The notes under the pieces were generated by a model. That model saw only the letters and a program-made list of their open reading frames with translations, was not told the origin of the DNA and did no database searches. A stretch of 56,322 nucleotides of DNA from assembly GCA_963575745.1 (NCBI GenBank), contig CAUYUJ010000096.1:62001-118322 (forward strand), in the 5' to 3' direction. Positions 24,101-33,085 of the stretch are shown here, in pieces (the first letter of the stretch is position 1; each line of letters begins with the position of its first letter). A program made the translations under genes and the position numbers. This DNA comes from Prorocentrum cordatum. Lineage: Eukaryota.

Positions 24101-27100
24101 CCAGACTTTTCCCCTCTCGGCCAACACCGCGACCCCGGGTCCCGTCCAAGCGTCCCGCCTGCGACCCAGCGTGTCCGCCCGCGACCCGGCCCGAGTGAGC
24201 CTGCGCCACACAAACACCCACTGACCAGGGCTGAAAACAGTCTGGGATGGCCCCTTGGCCTTGCTGGCCTTGTGTATCTTATCTCGGGCGGTGGTCTCCA
24301 TGGCCAGACGGCGAGCGACATCTCGGACTCTCTGAGAGCGGGCGAACTCCGCACCGGCAGAGTCCTGTTCGGACGGTGGCCGCAAGCAGTCTTGCCATCC
24401 GGGAAGGCCCAAGTGGTCATCCGACAGAATCTCATGCGGTAAGCGTGGGTTCTCTCCGAAAACCAACTGCATGGGCGAAAAGCCTCCCCGGTGCCAAAAC
24501 CTGTTTTTGTGGGCGCAGAGCTCATAGATGAGCTCGTCCAGTTCTTGCACGTCTCCGGGCAGAGCGGACCCGGCCTCGACCTCGCTTTTGATTCGTTCTT
24601 TGATCCATCCCCCGTGGCGCTCAACCCGACCGTTCTGCCAGGGGGAGTTAGCATCGCAGACGTGGTGCAGTACCCCCCATTGCTCTAGGCCGCGAGCAAA
24701 TCTCTCTTCGAACTCTGGGCCCCCATCTGAGAGAAGAAAGTGAGGAGCGCCGAATGGCCTTATCCAGGCTGAGACGAACGCGCGCCACACAAGAGAGGCC
24801 TTGGGTTCCTCGACCCGCACGCATATCTGCAGGTTGGATCCGTGATCGACGATCTTGAGATAGGGCAGGACCTTGTCCTGATATGGAACATAAAACAAAT
24901 CGACGCCCACAATGTGGTTAAAACGAAAAGTCCGCGGCATGGCGACTCGGCGATGACTGCTTGACCGAGCCCGCTCGGCACACTCTGAGCACTTAAAGGA
25001 GTCTCGAACCCACTTCAGAATGTGGACCTTGACTCCCCCGGCTCTCAAGACTCGCACGAATTTCCTATTGCACGGGTGTCCCATGTTAACGTGCAACCGC
25101 AACGCCAGCCTCTTTTCGGTCTCCGATGGGTCCGGAAGGGGTTCGCTCACCTTGACACTGCTGGGAAGCCTAGTCTCGGGCACATCTTCGTCCTCACTCC
25201 CTTCCGGATCCTCCTCCTCGGGGCCCAGGCCTTCATCTCCCTCAGGAAAGTCTCCTTCCTCGTACTGGGCCCAAGTCACCGGCCGTGGTCGACGAGGTCC
25301 GCTCCATTCTTCTGTCACTGCGCGAGACACGGCCTCCGCAAAGGCCGGAGGATACTCCTGGGCAGAGGAGGTCCTGCTCTTACCCTCGAGCAGCACGTGT
25401 CTGTGGTCCCCCGGACAGAGGTGCCCCTCGAGGATCTCTTGGAGTCTGGGGTGGTTCGTTAAGATCCCGGTCGGTTTCTTGTTTAACCCATCTCTGGTCA
25501 CACTCAAACCAAAGGTGCACATGTCAACCCGCGTCCTGCGGACCCCGGGTAGGTTAGACACGAGCTGAACTACCTTAGTTGCCCACGAACTCGCGAACAG
25601 AGGGTGTTCAAAAGCAAAGTACCGGCCTTTCGCTACCCGATCGCTAGCGATCTCCATGCACAGAATAAGATCGTTTATGCCCTCGACGATCGCTCGTTTC
25701 CATTTGATCGGATCGCGAGCGGCCTGACTGATCCTGCTGATGATCGAAAATACTCGACAAGGTGGGCAGAGCCAGGTCAGCTCGGGGTCGTCTCGGTCGA
25801 GGGCCTCCCAAAGCTCCCTGCGGTCCTTGGGAATCCGGGAGTCCCAGCCTTGGGCAATATCCCAACTGGCCCTGGGACCCAGCGCCCCCCCCCGACGCTC
25901 GACCCTGGGAGCAATCCTAGGGGGAAAAAACACTTCCATAAAGGCCGTCCCCCTCTTACGTGGCAGGGCGCGGTCTAATAGCACCGCTGTCTCAGAGTCG
26001 TCCGGGGCCGAAACCATAGCCTCCAGGGAAGCTCTGACGCGGGGAGGGCACGACACCTCGTGATCGTCATTGACGACATCCCCCAACAACCATTCGGCTC
26101 CCTCAAACTCGGCCGAAACCCGGTCTGGGAACCCCCCGGCGTCAGCCCCCGCAAGTCTCTCCTTGGCCCGTCCCCGGGGTTGAGATCCCGCGAGACGATC
26201 TTGACTCACCAATTCTCTCGCTGTCGGAACCGTGTCCTCAGTCAGAAATATCGGAAAGCAGGAAGAGGAGTTATGGAGAGGAGAGGTGGAAGGAGTCAGA
26301 GAGCAGGGACACGAGGAGCGACACTTCTCCGCACCTGGCGCAACAGAAGCAGTGCAGCCGCCTCGAGAGAAGACGGCACCAAGGCCTAGCGAACGACCCC
26401 TCGGCCGTTCTGCTCCACTACTGGCTCGTCCTAGGTCCCTGGGCCAGAGCTGCTGATGTCGCTCATGTCGCTCAGGACCTCCCAGCCCGCTGCGGGACTC
26501 TCCTCCTCTGGTATGGAATAGAGACTGCCCACGGTCGTCGCTGACGTCGTCGTTGTCCCCGTCGTAGTGAGTCCGTCCCGCTCGCCCAGCGGCTGGTACG
26601 ATTGGGGTGCCTGAGCTGGCTGCGACGGCATACTCTGCTGTGCTGCCGGCGGCTGACCCGTCGGTGGTGCCGACTGCGCTGGCTGCTCGCTGCCACTGCT
26701 GCCCGCCCCTGCCGCTCCCGCTGGCGACTCGTACCATGGATCCCCCATCTGCCAGGCTGGGTTCGCCTGCCCTGTGTTCATCACCTGGGCGATGGAAGCG
26801 ACGGCCGTCCCGATGTTCACCACCATGTACCCGATCTGCTGGAGTGCCGTCTCCACGTTGTTCACCGCGCCGACAAGGCCATTGATGGACTCCTGTAGGG
26901 TGTCCAGACTCTCCGCGAAGCTCTCGAACGTCCCCAGGATGTTCCTGATGTGCTGGATGCCCTGGAAGATCTGCCGCAGACCCTCCTGGGTCTCGCTGGG
27001 CACACTGAGCGCCTGAGTCGCCACAGCCGTCATCTGATCCAGAACCGACTGGATCTGCCCAAACGCTCGAATGCCCTCCGGCACCTCCTGCAGCTGCCAT

Positions 27101-27304
27101 TGGAGGCTCTGGAGGAGCCCAGCGAGCTGGTTGACCGTGGTCAGCGCCGCGCCCCCCGATCGGAAGCCCGGGTCCTCCTGGAGGTACTGGAGCATCCTCT
27201 GGGAGTTGGCCGCGGCCTGCCTGGCTGCTTCCGCTGCCGACGGAGGTGGTGGCTGATCTCCTCCTGGTCCTCCTTGCTGGCCGACTGGGATCCACTCGAT
27301 CCTC
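21182..27304 (-). CDS. pol: Pol portion of the copia polyprotein: spacer, MTase-like domain, integrase, Pro-rich linker, RT, RNase H
   Basis: Part of the 2314-codon frame; IN LHVNMGH...CSEC, VGVDLF, LSDGGPEF, NGRVERHGG; RT AKSRWCVHGHKDPD, ADVKNAFCQ, VYGLDDAP, EVDD, FKFGK; RH SFSNAG, SSTLAGETQA, VDAKSIYD, VDALTK. Confidence 0.92.
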   Translation of the reverse strand, partial: EDRVDPSRPARRTRRRSATTSVGSGSSQAGRGQLPEDAPVPPGGPGLPIGGRGADHGQPARWAPPEPPMAAAGGAGGHSSVWADPVGSGSDDGCGDSGAQCAQRDPGGSAADLPGHPAHQEHPGDVRELRGESGHPTGVHQWPCRRGEQRGDGTPADRVHGGEHRDGRRFHRPGDEHRAGEPSLADGGSMVRVASGSGRGGQQWQRAASAVGTTDGSAAGSTAEYAVAASSGTPIVPAAGRAGRTHYDGDNDDVSDDRGQSLFHTRGGESRSGLGGPERHERHQQLWPRDLGRASSGAERPRGRSLGLGAVFSRGGCTASVAPGAEKCRSSCPCSLTPSTSPLHNSSSCFPIFLTEDTVPTARELVSQDRLAGSQPRGRAKERLAGADAGGFPDRVSAEFEGAEWLLGDVVNDDHEVSCPPRVRASLEAMVSAPDDSETAVLLDRALPRKRGTAFMEVFFPPRIAPRVERRGGALGPRASWDIAQGWDSRIPKDRRELWEALDRDDPELTWLCPPCRVFSIISRISQAARDPIKWKRAIVEGINDLILCMEIASDRVAKGRYFAFEHPLFASSWATKVVQLVSNLPGVRRTRVDMCTFGLSVTRDGLNKKPTGILTNHPRLQEILEGHLCPGDHRHVLLEGKSRTSSAQEYPPAFAEAVSRAVTEEWSGPRRPRPVTWAQYEEGDFPEGDEGLGPEEEDPEGSEDEDVPETRLPSSVKVSEPLPDPSETEKRLALRLHVNMGHPCNRKFVRVLRAGGVKVHILKWVRDSFKCSECAERARSSSHRRVAMPRTFRFNHIVGVDLFYVPYQDKVLPYLKIVDHGSNLQICVRVEEPKASLVWRAFVSAWIRPFGAPHFLLSDGGPEFEERFARGLEQWGVLHHVCDANSPWQNGRVERHGGWIKERIKSEVEAGSALPGDVQELDELIYELCAHKNRFWHRGGFSPMQLVFGENPRLPHEILSDDHLGLPGWQDCLRPPSEQDSAGAEFARSQRVRDVARRLAMETTARDKIHKASKAKGPSQTVFSPGQWVFVWRRLTRAGSRADTLGRRRDAWTGPGVAVLAERGKVWVAVRARLWKCSPEQARHASPEEEFGIQVAQDPQWSELMAQAQSRRASAVDVQREGPPPEEAWDQPLSPESDSAPQLAGPGVRSEVAEPSGPVGPPSVGRGFDPIGSGPPLLRSRGPRSRPSSAGGSAVANAGSEMTRLPSISESIEEPGESSGTGTPPGEGDPQAVPGPDKGISGEAVDPPSSEPPLPVASSPPSPSPAAPVRPARAKLEQPSDAPHCFRRPLGDEVPGVRSASCPPEVSEAKRPRVEPPPGLEQPAAEEADSVPSSSAAAVGAAAAARDSRERSQSRPRGELVGRRVAEIEARTEVEGGTSFLVETSEDGCFLGLVERVESSGDFGVLAASRGGEIPLKQLSPAERAKFEMSDDKEWQNMMGSGAVEVIPPREAEAVRRTCPDRIITSRMVRRWKPVEGTFAEPAAKSRWCVHGHKDPDAGSLFVYSPTPQTTSILMFVQVMMNLGHLGDIADVKNAFCQSNPVQRTQGEIYVEPCEGIRVEKGSLIRLLVNVYGLDDAPLAWRKTVVGFLQKQGFVRSLLEPCWWIRYAPDGAILNMILLEVDDFFISSSSRETRTWIRQVLESRFKFGKYRDCHEGPVEHAGRRVSFAPHRTLIDQEKYILEEVRPVSMERGRLGLKKAPLTPAEFKSLRSLIYKLNWVGRETRPEAAGAASIVASSLKEATTGDVTIANRMVRYLRSTASRGLSIWKLDPDRMAFVSFSNAGGVGANEGLVDERGLPEDPTQGAWMILATDRSVLDNCAVKASVLGWRSSKLRRKVSSTLAGETQALSAAVAEVEFLQVLYRDVVFRDVDVNDTSRGSGPFTTVLRRDCRLGGRVDQVHVVDAKSIYDTMLKEGNASARDRRTALDLAGVCETLERARGHVRWVPHGRMPVDALTKDDVSKSNAALANLLANGRLVLIDEGAEMARRKEQPGAKDRSHAASRRTLDGDSRLISWAEFVSAQSALGLASGTTPLSHSPS
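25320..25945 (-). other. C5 cytosine DNA methyltransferase-like domain within Pol
   Basis: Ordered motifs FMEVFFPPR (I-like), WDIAQGWD (II/III), LCPPCRVFS (IV, PC), FAFEHP (VI), VDMCTFGL (VII), KKPTGIL (VIII), AQEYPPAFAEAV (X-like). Confidence 0.72.
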
Positions 27305-28111
27305 TCCGCACACCGTACAGCGAGAGCCACTTCCCCATTGATTCCCGTAGTGCTTGATGGCTCTGGGCGGATGGGGGCACCGGTCCGCGGGTGGTGCGGC
27401 GGATGCCTCCGGCTTCGGCGCTGGCTTCGGCGGTGGCTTCCCGGCTGCTGGCCTGGTCAACGGAGCGTCCCCGCACCCCGCAGCACGAGGGGGCACCTCG
27501 ATCCCGGCCGCGATCACCTCGGGAGGAGGTCCGTCGGGCGGTGGAGGAGTCGCTCCCGCCTGCACCATGGCTGCCGCCGCAGCCGCCGCCCCAGGAGGTG
27601 CCTGAGGAGGGAGTGGCACGGGGGGAAACTCCATGGCTGCCGCTGCTGCCTGCCAGCGCACTGGTCCTGGCCTTGCTCCTGGCTTGGGGCTTGGCCTGAC
27701 CGCTGCCCGAGCCGTCCTCTGAGCCTCGGCTTGTCCTGCACCGAAGGCCGCGTGATCGTACTGGATGATGTTCCCGCTCGGATCGGGCGCCCCCTGGAAC
27801 GGCCCCGCCAGAAGTACCTGCGTCGCTGTAGCACTCGAACCTGCTGGACTCCCGAGAGGGGGCAGCTCCAACTGCTGGCCACTCGATGTTCCTGGCGTCG
27901 CCTGGGGCATGGCAGCGTCGGCCTCGTCGAGGCCTGCGGTTGCCTGGTCGAACGACTCCGAGGACACATCTGACTCTGCGTTCCGACGTGCCAGAAACTC
28001 CTCGGTCGCCTGGGCTGCCTTGCCGGTGGTGGCCCTCTTCGGGCCCGCCTGGGCGGTTGCCGTCAACACGACAAGGATTGCTACACGAAGCCCTGCCATG
28101 ACTCCTTGCAT
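26431..28111 (-). CDS. Nested overlapping ORF (~560 aa after repairing one indel at ~27305): hydrophobic N-terminus, Pro/Ala-rich region, CxH...CxxC, amphipathic helical domain
   Basis: MQGVMAGLRVAILVVLTATAQAG...CPH..GNQWGSGSRCTVCG in one frame joins ERIEWIP...LQSLQWQLQEV...FESFAESLDTLQESINGLVGAVNNVETALQQI in the next; stop at 26431. Confidence 0.6.
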
Positions 28112-30722
28112 GGACGCTGGAGACAAACTGCGATTGCTGAAAGTTGCGCTGTTGGAAGCGTCGCTGATAGCTGCAGCTCGAGCCGATGGCTACGGATAGG
28201 ACCATGAGTGTGTGTGCCGTCAGGCACCACAACCTTACGGCGTTAACGACGAGGGCCTTAGTTCCCTGCTCAAGCGCCCGACACAGGTTTCGTGACACCT
28301 TCTTTCCCAGAGTTTCCCAAAGCTCCGAGACCCTGCTCCTACTCCTGGCTCGAGCGGTCTCCACTGTCGTCTCGTCCTTCTGCATCGCCTTAGCACTCGC
28401 TCGGGATCCTGAGGCAACTACTGATGACGAGCAGGCCGTCTGAGCCCGCGGCACGATTCCTAGAACTCCGTGCTCTCGTACTCCGAATTGCTCTGGGACC
28501 ACTCCGTCTGGTCGCCTGGGACCTGGGACGATGATGAGGACCGATGTGATGATGTACTTGCTGAGCTCGCCAGTCGCGTCCATGATGGGTGCTCTCTCGC
28601 CTGCTGACAGCTGGAAGGAAGTGGCCGCCAGGAAAGGATACTTCTCTAGCGCACTCGTCGGCGCCAAAAGAGAACCTGACACCGCGCATACGATATCTGC
28701 CATGCGGTGTCCCGAACTGAGCTTCTGTAAAGGAATGTCGCGCCTCAACTTGCTGGACGACAGCATATTCCTGGGCAGGTCGAGGGTGCGCCCCAGGAAG
28801 TCTAGCAAGTTGACGCTCAAAATATGCGGGACGTCCTCATTCAGGACAGTCGTCTCGACGATCCCGAGGACCCCGCCGAGGCACAGTGGATACAGCACGG
28901 TGCCGATCACTCGCGCCTCACCGCCGATGCCGTGTGCCTTCTTGGGCGCCTTGAACTCCCTCGGTACTGCGACGTAGCATAGCCCCTGCTTGGCCAGGGA
29001 CTCGGCCTCGAGGTTGAGGGAAGGCAGGCCGTCGATGTCGCTGCCTGCTCCAGGGTCGACCAAGCCCTGCGTCACTGCCGCATTCAGGAAAACATCCGTG
29101 GCCCTGACCTCTGCCTGCACCCGCTGCAGAACCTGCAGCTCGTCGCGCGAGATCACCGGGTAGTTGTTGCAGCCGTCGAACGTGTAGCCCGCCAGGCCCC
29201 GGCTTGCTGAGGCCTCCTTCCGATCTCGCGGAGGGTGAGGACACTCGCGATGCCAGTGACCTTTCTCCTTGCAGTTGTGGCACTTCGTTATCTTCATGAG
29301 CTTCTTGCGGTGTGCATCTTCGGACCTTGCTCCTCGATCTCCTGGCTCGCGTCGTCCTCCGCTGCGACCTGGCCGAGCATCTCGACCCTTGCCGCGGCTG
29401 CGGCCCTTGCCGGCACCGCTGGGGGGACGAGCGCCAAAGTACTCGCGGTCCTGCTTAGCCGCCCGCTTCAAGTCCTTGTTCTGCTTCCAGGTGCGCTTGA
29501 CCTGTCTCTCCATCTGCATGTATACCTCCTCGGCCTCGCCCTCAGAGATGTCTAGATCGTCGATCTCCGCCAAAATGGCTTGCGCGTCGCCCTCCGACAG
29601 GTCGTCGGAGTCGTCGTCTCCCTCCTCAGCATCTTCGTCGTAGTAGGAGTCGTCTCCGGCTTCGTCAGCCCCTGGGTTGGCCGTCGGGAACGACTGCTGA
29701 GGGTAGGACGAGGGAGGAGGGGAAAGAATCTGACCGCCCGCGTTGTCTCGGCCGACTTCTGCGGCGAGGACTGGATGCGAGCTTGTCCTACCCGGAAGTA
29801 GCTTCTCGCCGCTTCCGTAATCTAGCTGTCTCAGCGCCCACGATACTTGATCGTAGTCAAGGCTGCCGCGGGTGAGCGTCCTCAGGTTCTGCTGGCCCTG
29901 TGCTGACAAACCAGCACCTTCTTCCAGTAGAAAGCCCTTCAGCTTAGTAGACATCCAGATATCGTGGGTCTCGGCCTCGGCGAGCTGCTGGTCGCGCCTG
30001 ATGACGAACTGCGTCAGCGTCTCCTTGGACTCTCGCGTGCACTCGATGAGTGCTCGCCTTCCTGCTCGCCTGAGGTCGTCTCCCTCACGCTCGCCCGCCA
30101 TGGCGTCCATGCGGCGCAGGACCGCGTCCAGCCACTGCCCGCCGGTGATCACGTCGTCGCTGAGATCCTCGAACTTCGCCTGCATGGCCCAGTCGAACCC
30201 CTTCATCAGTTTCTCGTAGCGCCGCCAGACCTGGACATCCGTGCCCTGGTTCCAGCGCAAGATAGACTTCTTCCACAGTCTGTAGTGGGCCCAGCCGGGC
30301 CACGAGGGAGGATCGGAGAAGTCGCCCTTGGACCACTGGCTGGACGACCACTCCTGGCCTTGCCACTCCTGGCTGGGCCATCCCTGGTCGCGCGACCGCC
30401 ATTCTCGCTGCTGCCAGCTCTGATCCTTCCACTGATCTGAGCCGTCCTTGTCGCGCTTCCAGGGATCCGTGTCCTCCCACGGGTCCTTCTCTTCTCGTTG
30501 TCTACACGATCTCGTATCCGTCGAGCCTGCTGTCTCGCCGATAGTGTCCCTCACTACCTCTCTGACCAGGTCGCGCAGCTGCGCGCGGAACTGGTCCCCC
30601 TGCTCGACAACAGGTCCTCCTGACCCAGCGGGCTGACCGGCAGCGGCCGCCGGAGCTGGCGGTGGCTGCTCGGTGCTGCCCATCGTCGCATAGACACCAT
30701 CGTTGTTGTTGTCTGCCGGCAT
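27305..30722 (-). CDS. gag: Gag-protease portion of the copia polyprotein
   Basis: First ATG 30722; RESKETLTQFVIR capsid-like motif; CHNCKEKGHWHREC zinc knuckle (29241-29282); protease-like LVDPGA (~29046-29063) and ILSVNLLDFLG; frame as assembled stays open to 27141. Confidence 0.88.
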
Positions 30723-30851
30723 GCTCACGCCCGCCGTGGATCCACGCACTGCACGTCCTCGGAGGAGCGGCAGTCGCCTGGCCTCTCGAGCGGTCCCGAC
30801 GCCACCGCCCTAGCGGCGCCTGGGTCCACCCCTGCCGGCCATGGCTGACCA

Positions 30852-30865
30852 CCGCTCCGCTACCA
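30852..30865 (-). promoter_or_regulatory. Primer binding site (tRNA-Met(i)-like)
   Basis: TGGTAGCGGAGCGG 2 nt inside the 5' LTR end; resembles the complement of initiator Met tRNA 3' ends. Confidence 0.8.
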
Positions 30866-30867
30866 AC

Positions 30868-31051
30868 TGTGGCAGCAGCGAGATGAGCGGATGCTTTTGC
30901 CTTGAGCCAAATCGGCAAACAACAGTACTGCCTTCTCTAGCTGACCTCTGCGTCTGAAACAAACGAGTTCCCAAACTCGCTCTCATGACATGATCAACAG
31001 AAAAGATCATTAACCTAAACCTATAATGCCGAAATCAGGAAGCCTGTCACA
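30868..31051 (-). repeat. 5' LTR (184 bp)
   Basis: Matches 20908-21091; followed by PBS. Confidence 0.97.
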
Positions 31052-31773
31052 GTGTGGCGCTTCAAACTACAAGCGGGAGCTTTCGATGTCGGCCATGGTC
31101 GTCGTCAACCCCCACGCCCGGCCCCCGCGAAACCAACGCCCATCAGCTTAAACGTTTCCTGCTTCAGCGAGCAGCGGGAAAAGACTGGTTGGCGCTCCTG
31201 CGAATCGGTGGTATGCAGCAAAAAGCTGCGTACCGCAGTTTGGAATTCCACCAATCCACAACACATTGGGTCGGCGGATGTGGCGTCAGCCTGTAGAATC
31301 TTCCATTTCTCCTTGGTCCGTGCCGCAGGTTGTCTGATATTGCATACCTGTCAACATGCGGTCGCATATGGTTTCGAGCTTGAGACGATTTGCACATCCA
31401 TGTATTCGTCCAAGGCCTTCCAGCCTCGGTATGACTTTACGTGTGTTGGCATCCTCGCGCAGCGTCTGGTCTAAATTCGCACCTCTTGATGTCGAACTCC
31501 CAACGGTCGAGACTAACTCGCCGATTTGTGTGCTCATCCGAGAAATTCCTCACTCCATAATGAGTGGAATATTCATCATGTCTACGTGGCATTACTGTTG
31601 CCACACTCCACCAGAACAACAACCGAAACCACCTTCTAAACACTATCTTGGTGGCGTTCCGCGCCGATGCAGACAGGGTTGCACGTCGAAGCGAAATGAC
31701 TCAAAGCCTCACTCACACAAGACGTGCTATAAACAAATCTGTAAGTGCAGTGGGCGGAATAGCTGCAAACCCC

Positions 31774-31808
31774 CTTGAACCCATGGGCTTGAACCAAAAT
31801 GGCTACGG
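31774..31808 (-). other. Near-perfect DinoSL plus degenerate relict SL heading a second retroposed sequence
   Basis: CCGTAGCCATTTTGGTTCAAG (31808-31788, one C>T) then CCCATGGGTTCAAG. Confidence 0.88.
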
Positions 31809-32700
31809 GGTGGGGTGCGGGGGGTGGGGAGTACGAGGGGGCGGGGGGAGGGAGGGGAGGGGGGGGAGGATGGATGGGGGGGGGATAGGGGGGGGGGGGA
31901 AAGAGGAGGGAGGGTGGAGGGGGAGGGGGGGGGGGGGGGGGGAGGAGGGAGGGGGAGGAGGGAGGAACAGAGGGAGGGCGGCAACGAGGGAGGTGAGAAG
32001 GAGAGGTGGAAGGGGAGGCGGGAGGAGGGGAGAGGATGAATGGGGGAATCAGCGCGATCTGAACGGTGTCCCTTCCGCGGCCGCTTCGCCTGAGAGGGGG
32101 AGGGGGGCGGGGGCGGGAGGGGGAGGAGGACTTGAGGCTCCCCTCGCTGGGATAGACAATAACGGCGGACAACTGTCGGGCGTTTTCGGCTTCTGCGTTC
32201 CTTGCTGGGCCCTGGGACCGTCAAAAGACGGCTCGGGATGAAAATCGCTTCTGGGGAGAAGGTGCAGACCACGGGGTGACCACGTTGCAAAACAAAAGAC
32301 AACACGACGTCGGAGGTTTACGAAGAATGGGGGAAGGGGAGGAGAAGGGGGAGGGATGGAGAGATGGTAGAAGGAGATGGGAGGAATGGGGAGGGGAAAG
32401 AATGGGGAGAATGAGGGATTGGGCTTGGTCTTCCCGGCTAGGGGATGGAGACGTTCACCCAGGCGGGCATCTCCGTTGAACAGGGGGAAAAGGGGTGAGG
32501 ATGGGAGGAGGCGGCCGAGGGATGGAGATGCCCGTCTAGATAGGCAGGCATCTTTCTCCGTTGCTCAAATAAGCGGGCAGGAAGAGAGGAGAGAGGCGGA
32601 AGGGATGGAGAGACGTAAAAGGCAGGGTGGGGTGGGGGGCGCAAGGGGCAGAGGGGGAGGGGGAGAAGGAGGGGGAGGGATGCAGAGAGGGAGGATGAGG
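31809..32700. repeat. G/A-rich low-complexity tract
   Basis: Poly-G and degenerate GGA runs. Confidence 0.75.
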
Positions 32701-33007
32701 TCGTTGAGTTCTCATCTTGAACGAGTAATCCCACTAGCCCTCGGGACGGAGGTGGTCTCGAGCGTTCCTTGTTCCAACCCCACTGTTCCCCTTCAGCGAG
32801 GGTTTATCATTTATTACTGCTCCTGATTAGGGCTACCCTCGTCCCCCGCTCGACTGGCCGCAAACCAGGAAGTGTGAACGCCCCACCCCACCATGTTCGC
32901 GCCGACCTTCGAACATTCACGCTCGTGCATTTTTCCTGCGTCGGCGGGAGGAAAGACGAGCCCGTGACACGTCGCGCGGCCTCCTGGACTCGGCGGGCCC
33001 GGGTCGC

Positions 33008-33085
33008 CTGGATCAGGAGCATGCGCCAGTCCTCCGAGCTGGCCGGGTCGTTCACCGTGCCCCCGGTGCTGAAGCTCTCCCAGGC
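33008..33085 (-). other. Candidate host micro-exon, 78 nt (AWESFSTGGTVNDPASSEDWRMLLIQ)
   Basis: Pyrimidine tract ccttccccccgccAG acceptor, CAG|GC donor, strongly GC3 codons. Confidence 0.45.

Larger units (their letters stand above)
20908..31051 (-). mobile_element. Ty1/copia LTR retrotransposon, 10,144 bp, carrying a C5-DNA-methyltransferase-like domain
   Basis: Two 184-bp LTRs with TG...CA ends, 4-bp TSD GTGT (20904-20907 / 31052-31055), PBS, domain order Gag-PR-IN-RT-RNaseH (copia order). Confidence 0.96.

Noticed and set aside
21182..28126. 2314-aa ORF as a standalone Pol
   Set aside because: Better explained as a chimera of the nested ORF N-half and Pol caused by one indel at ~27305
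21305..30886. Plus-strand ORFs inside the copia (and likewise inside the LINE)
   Set aside because: Antisense shadows of GC-rich coding sequence, no motifs
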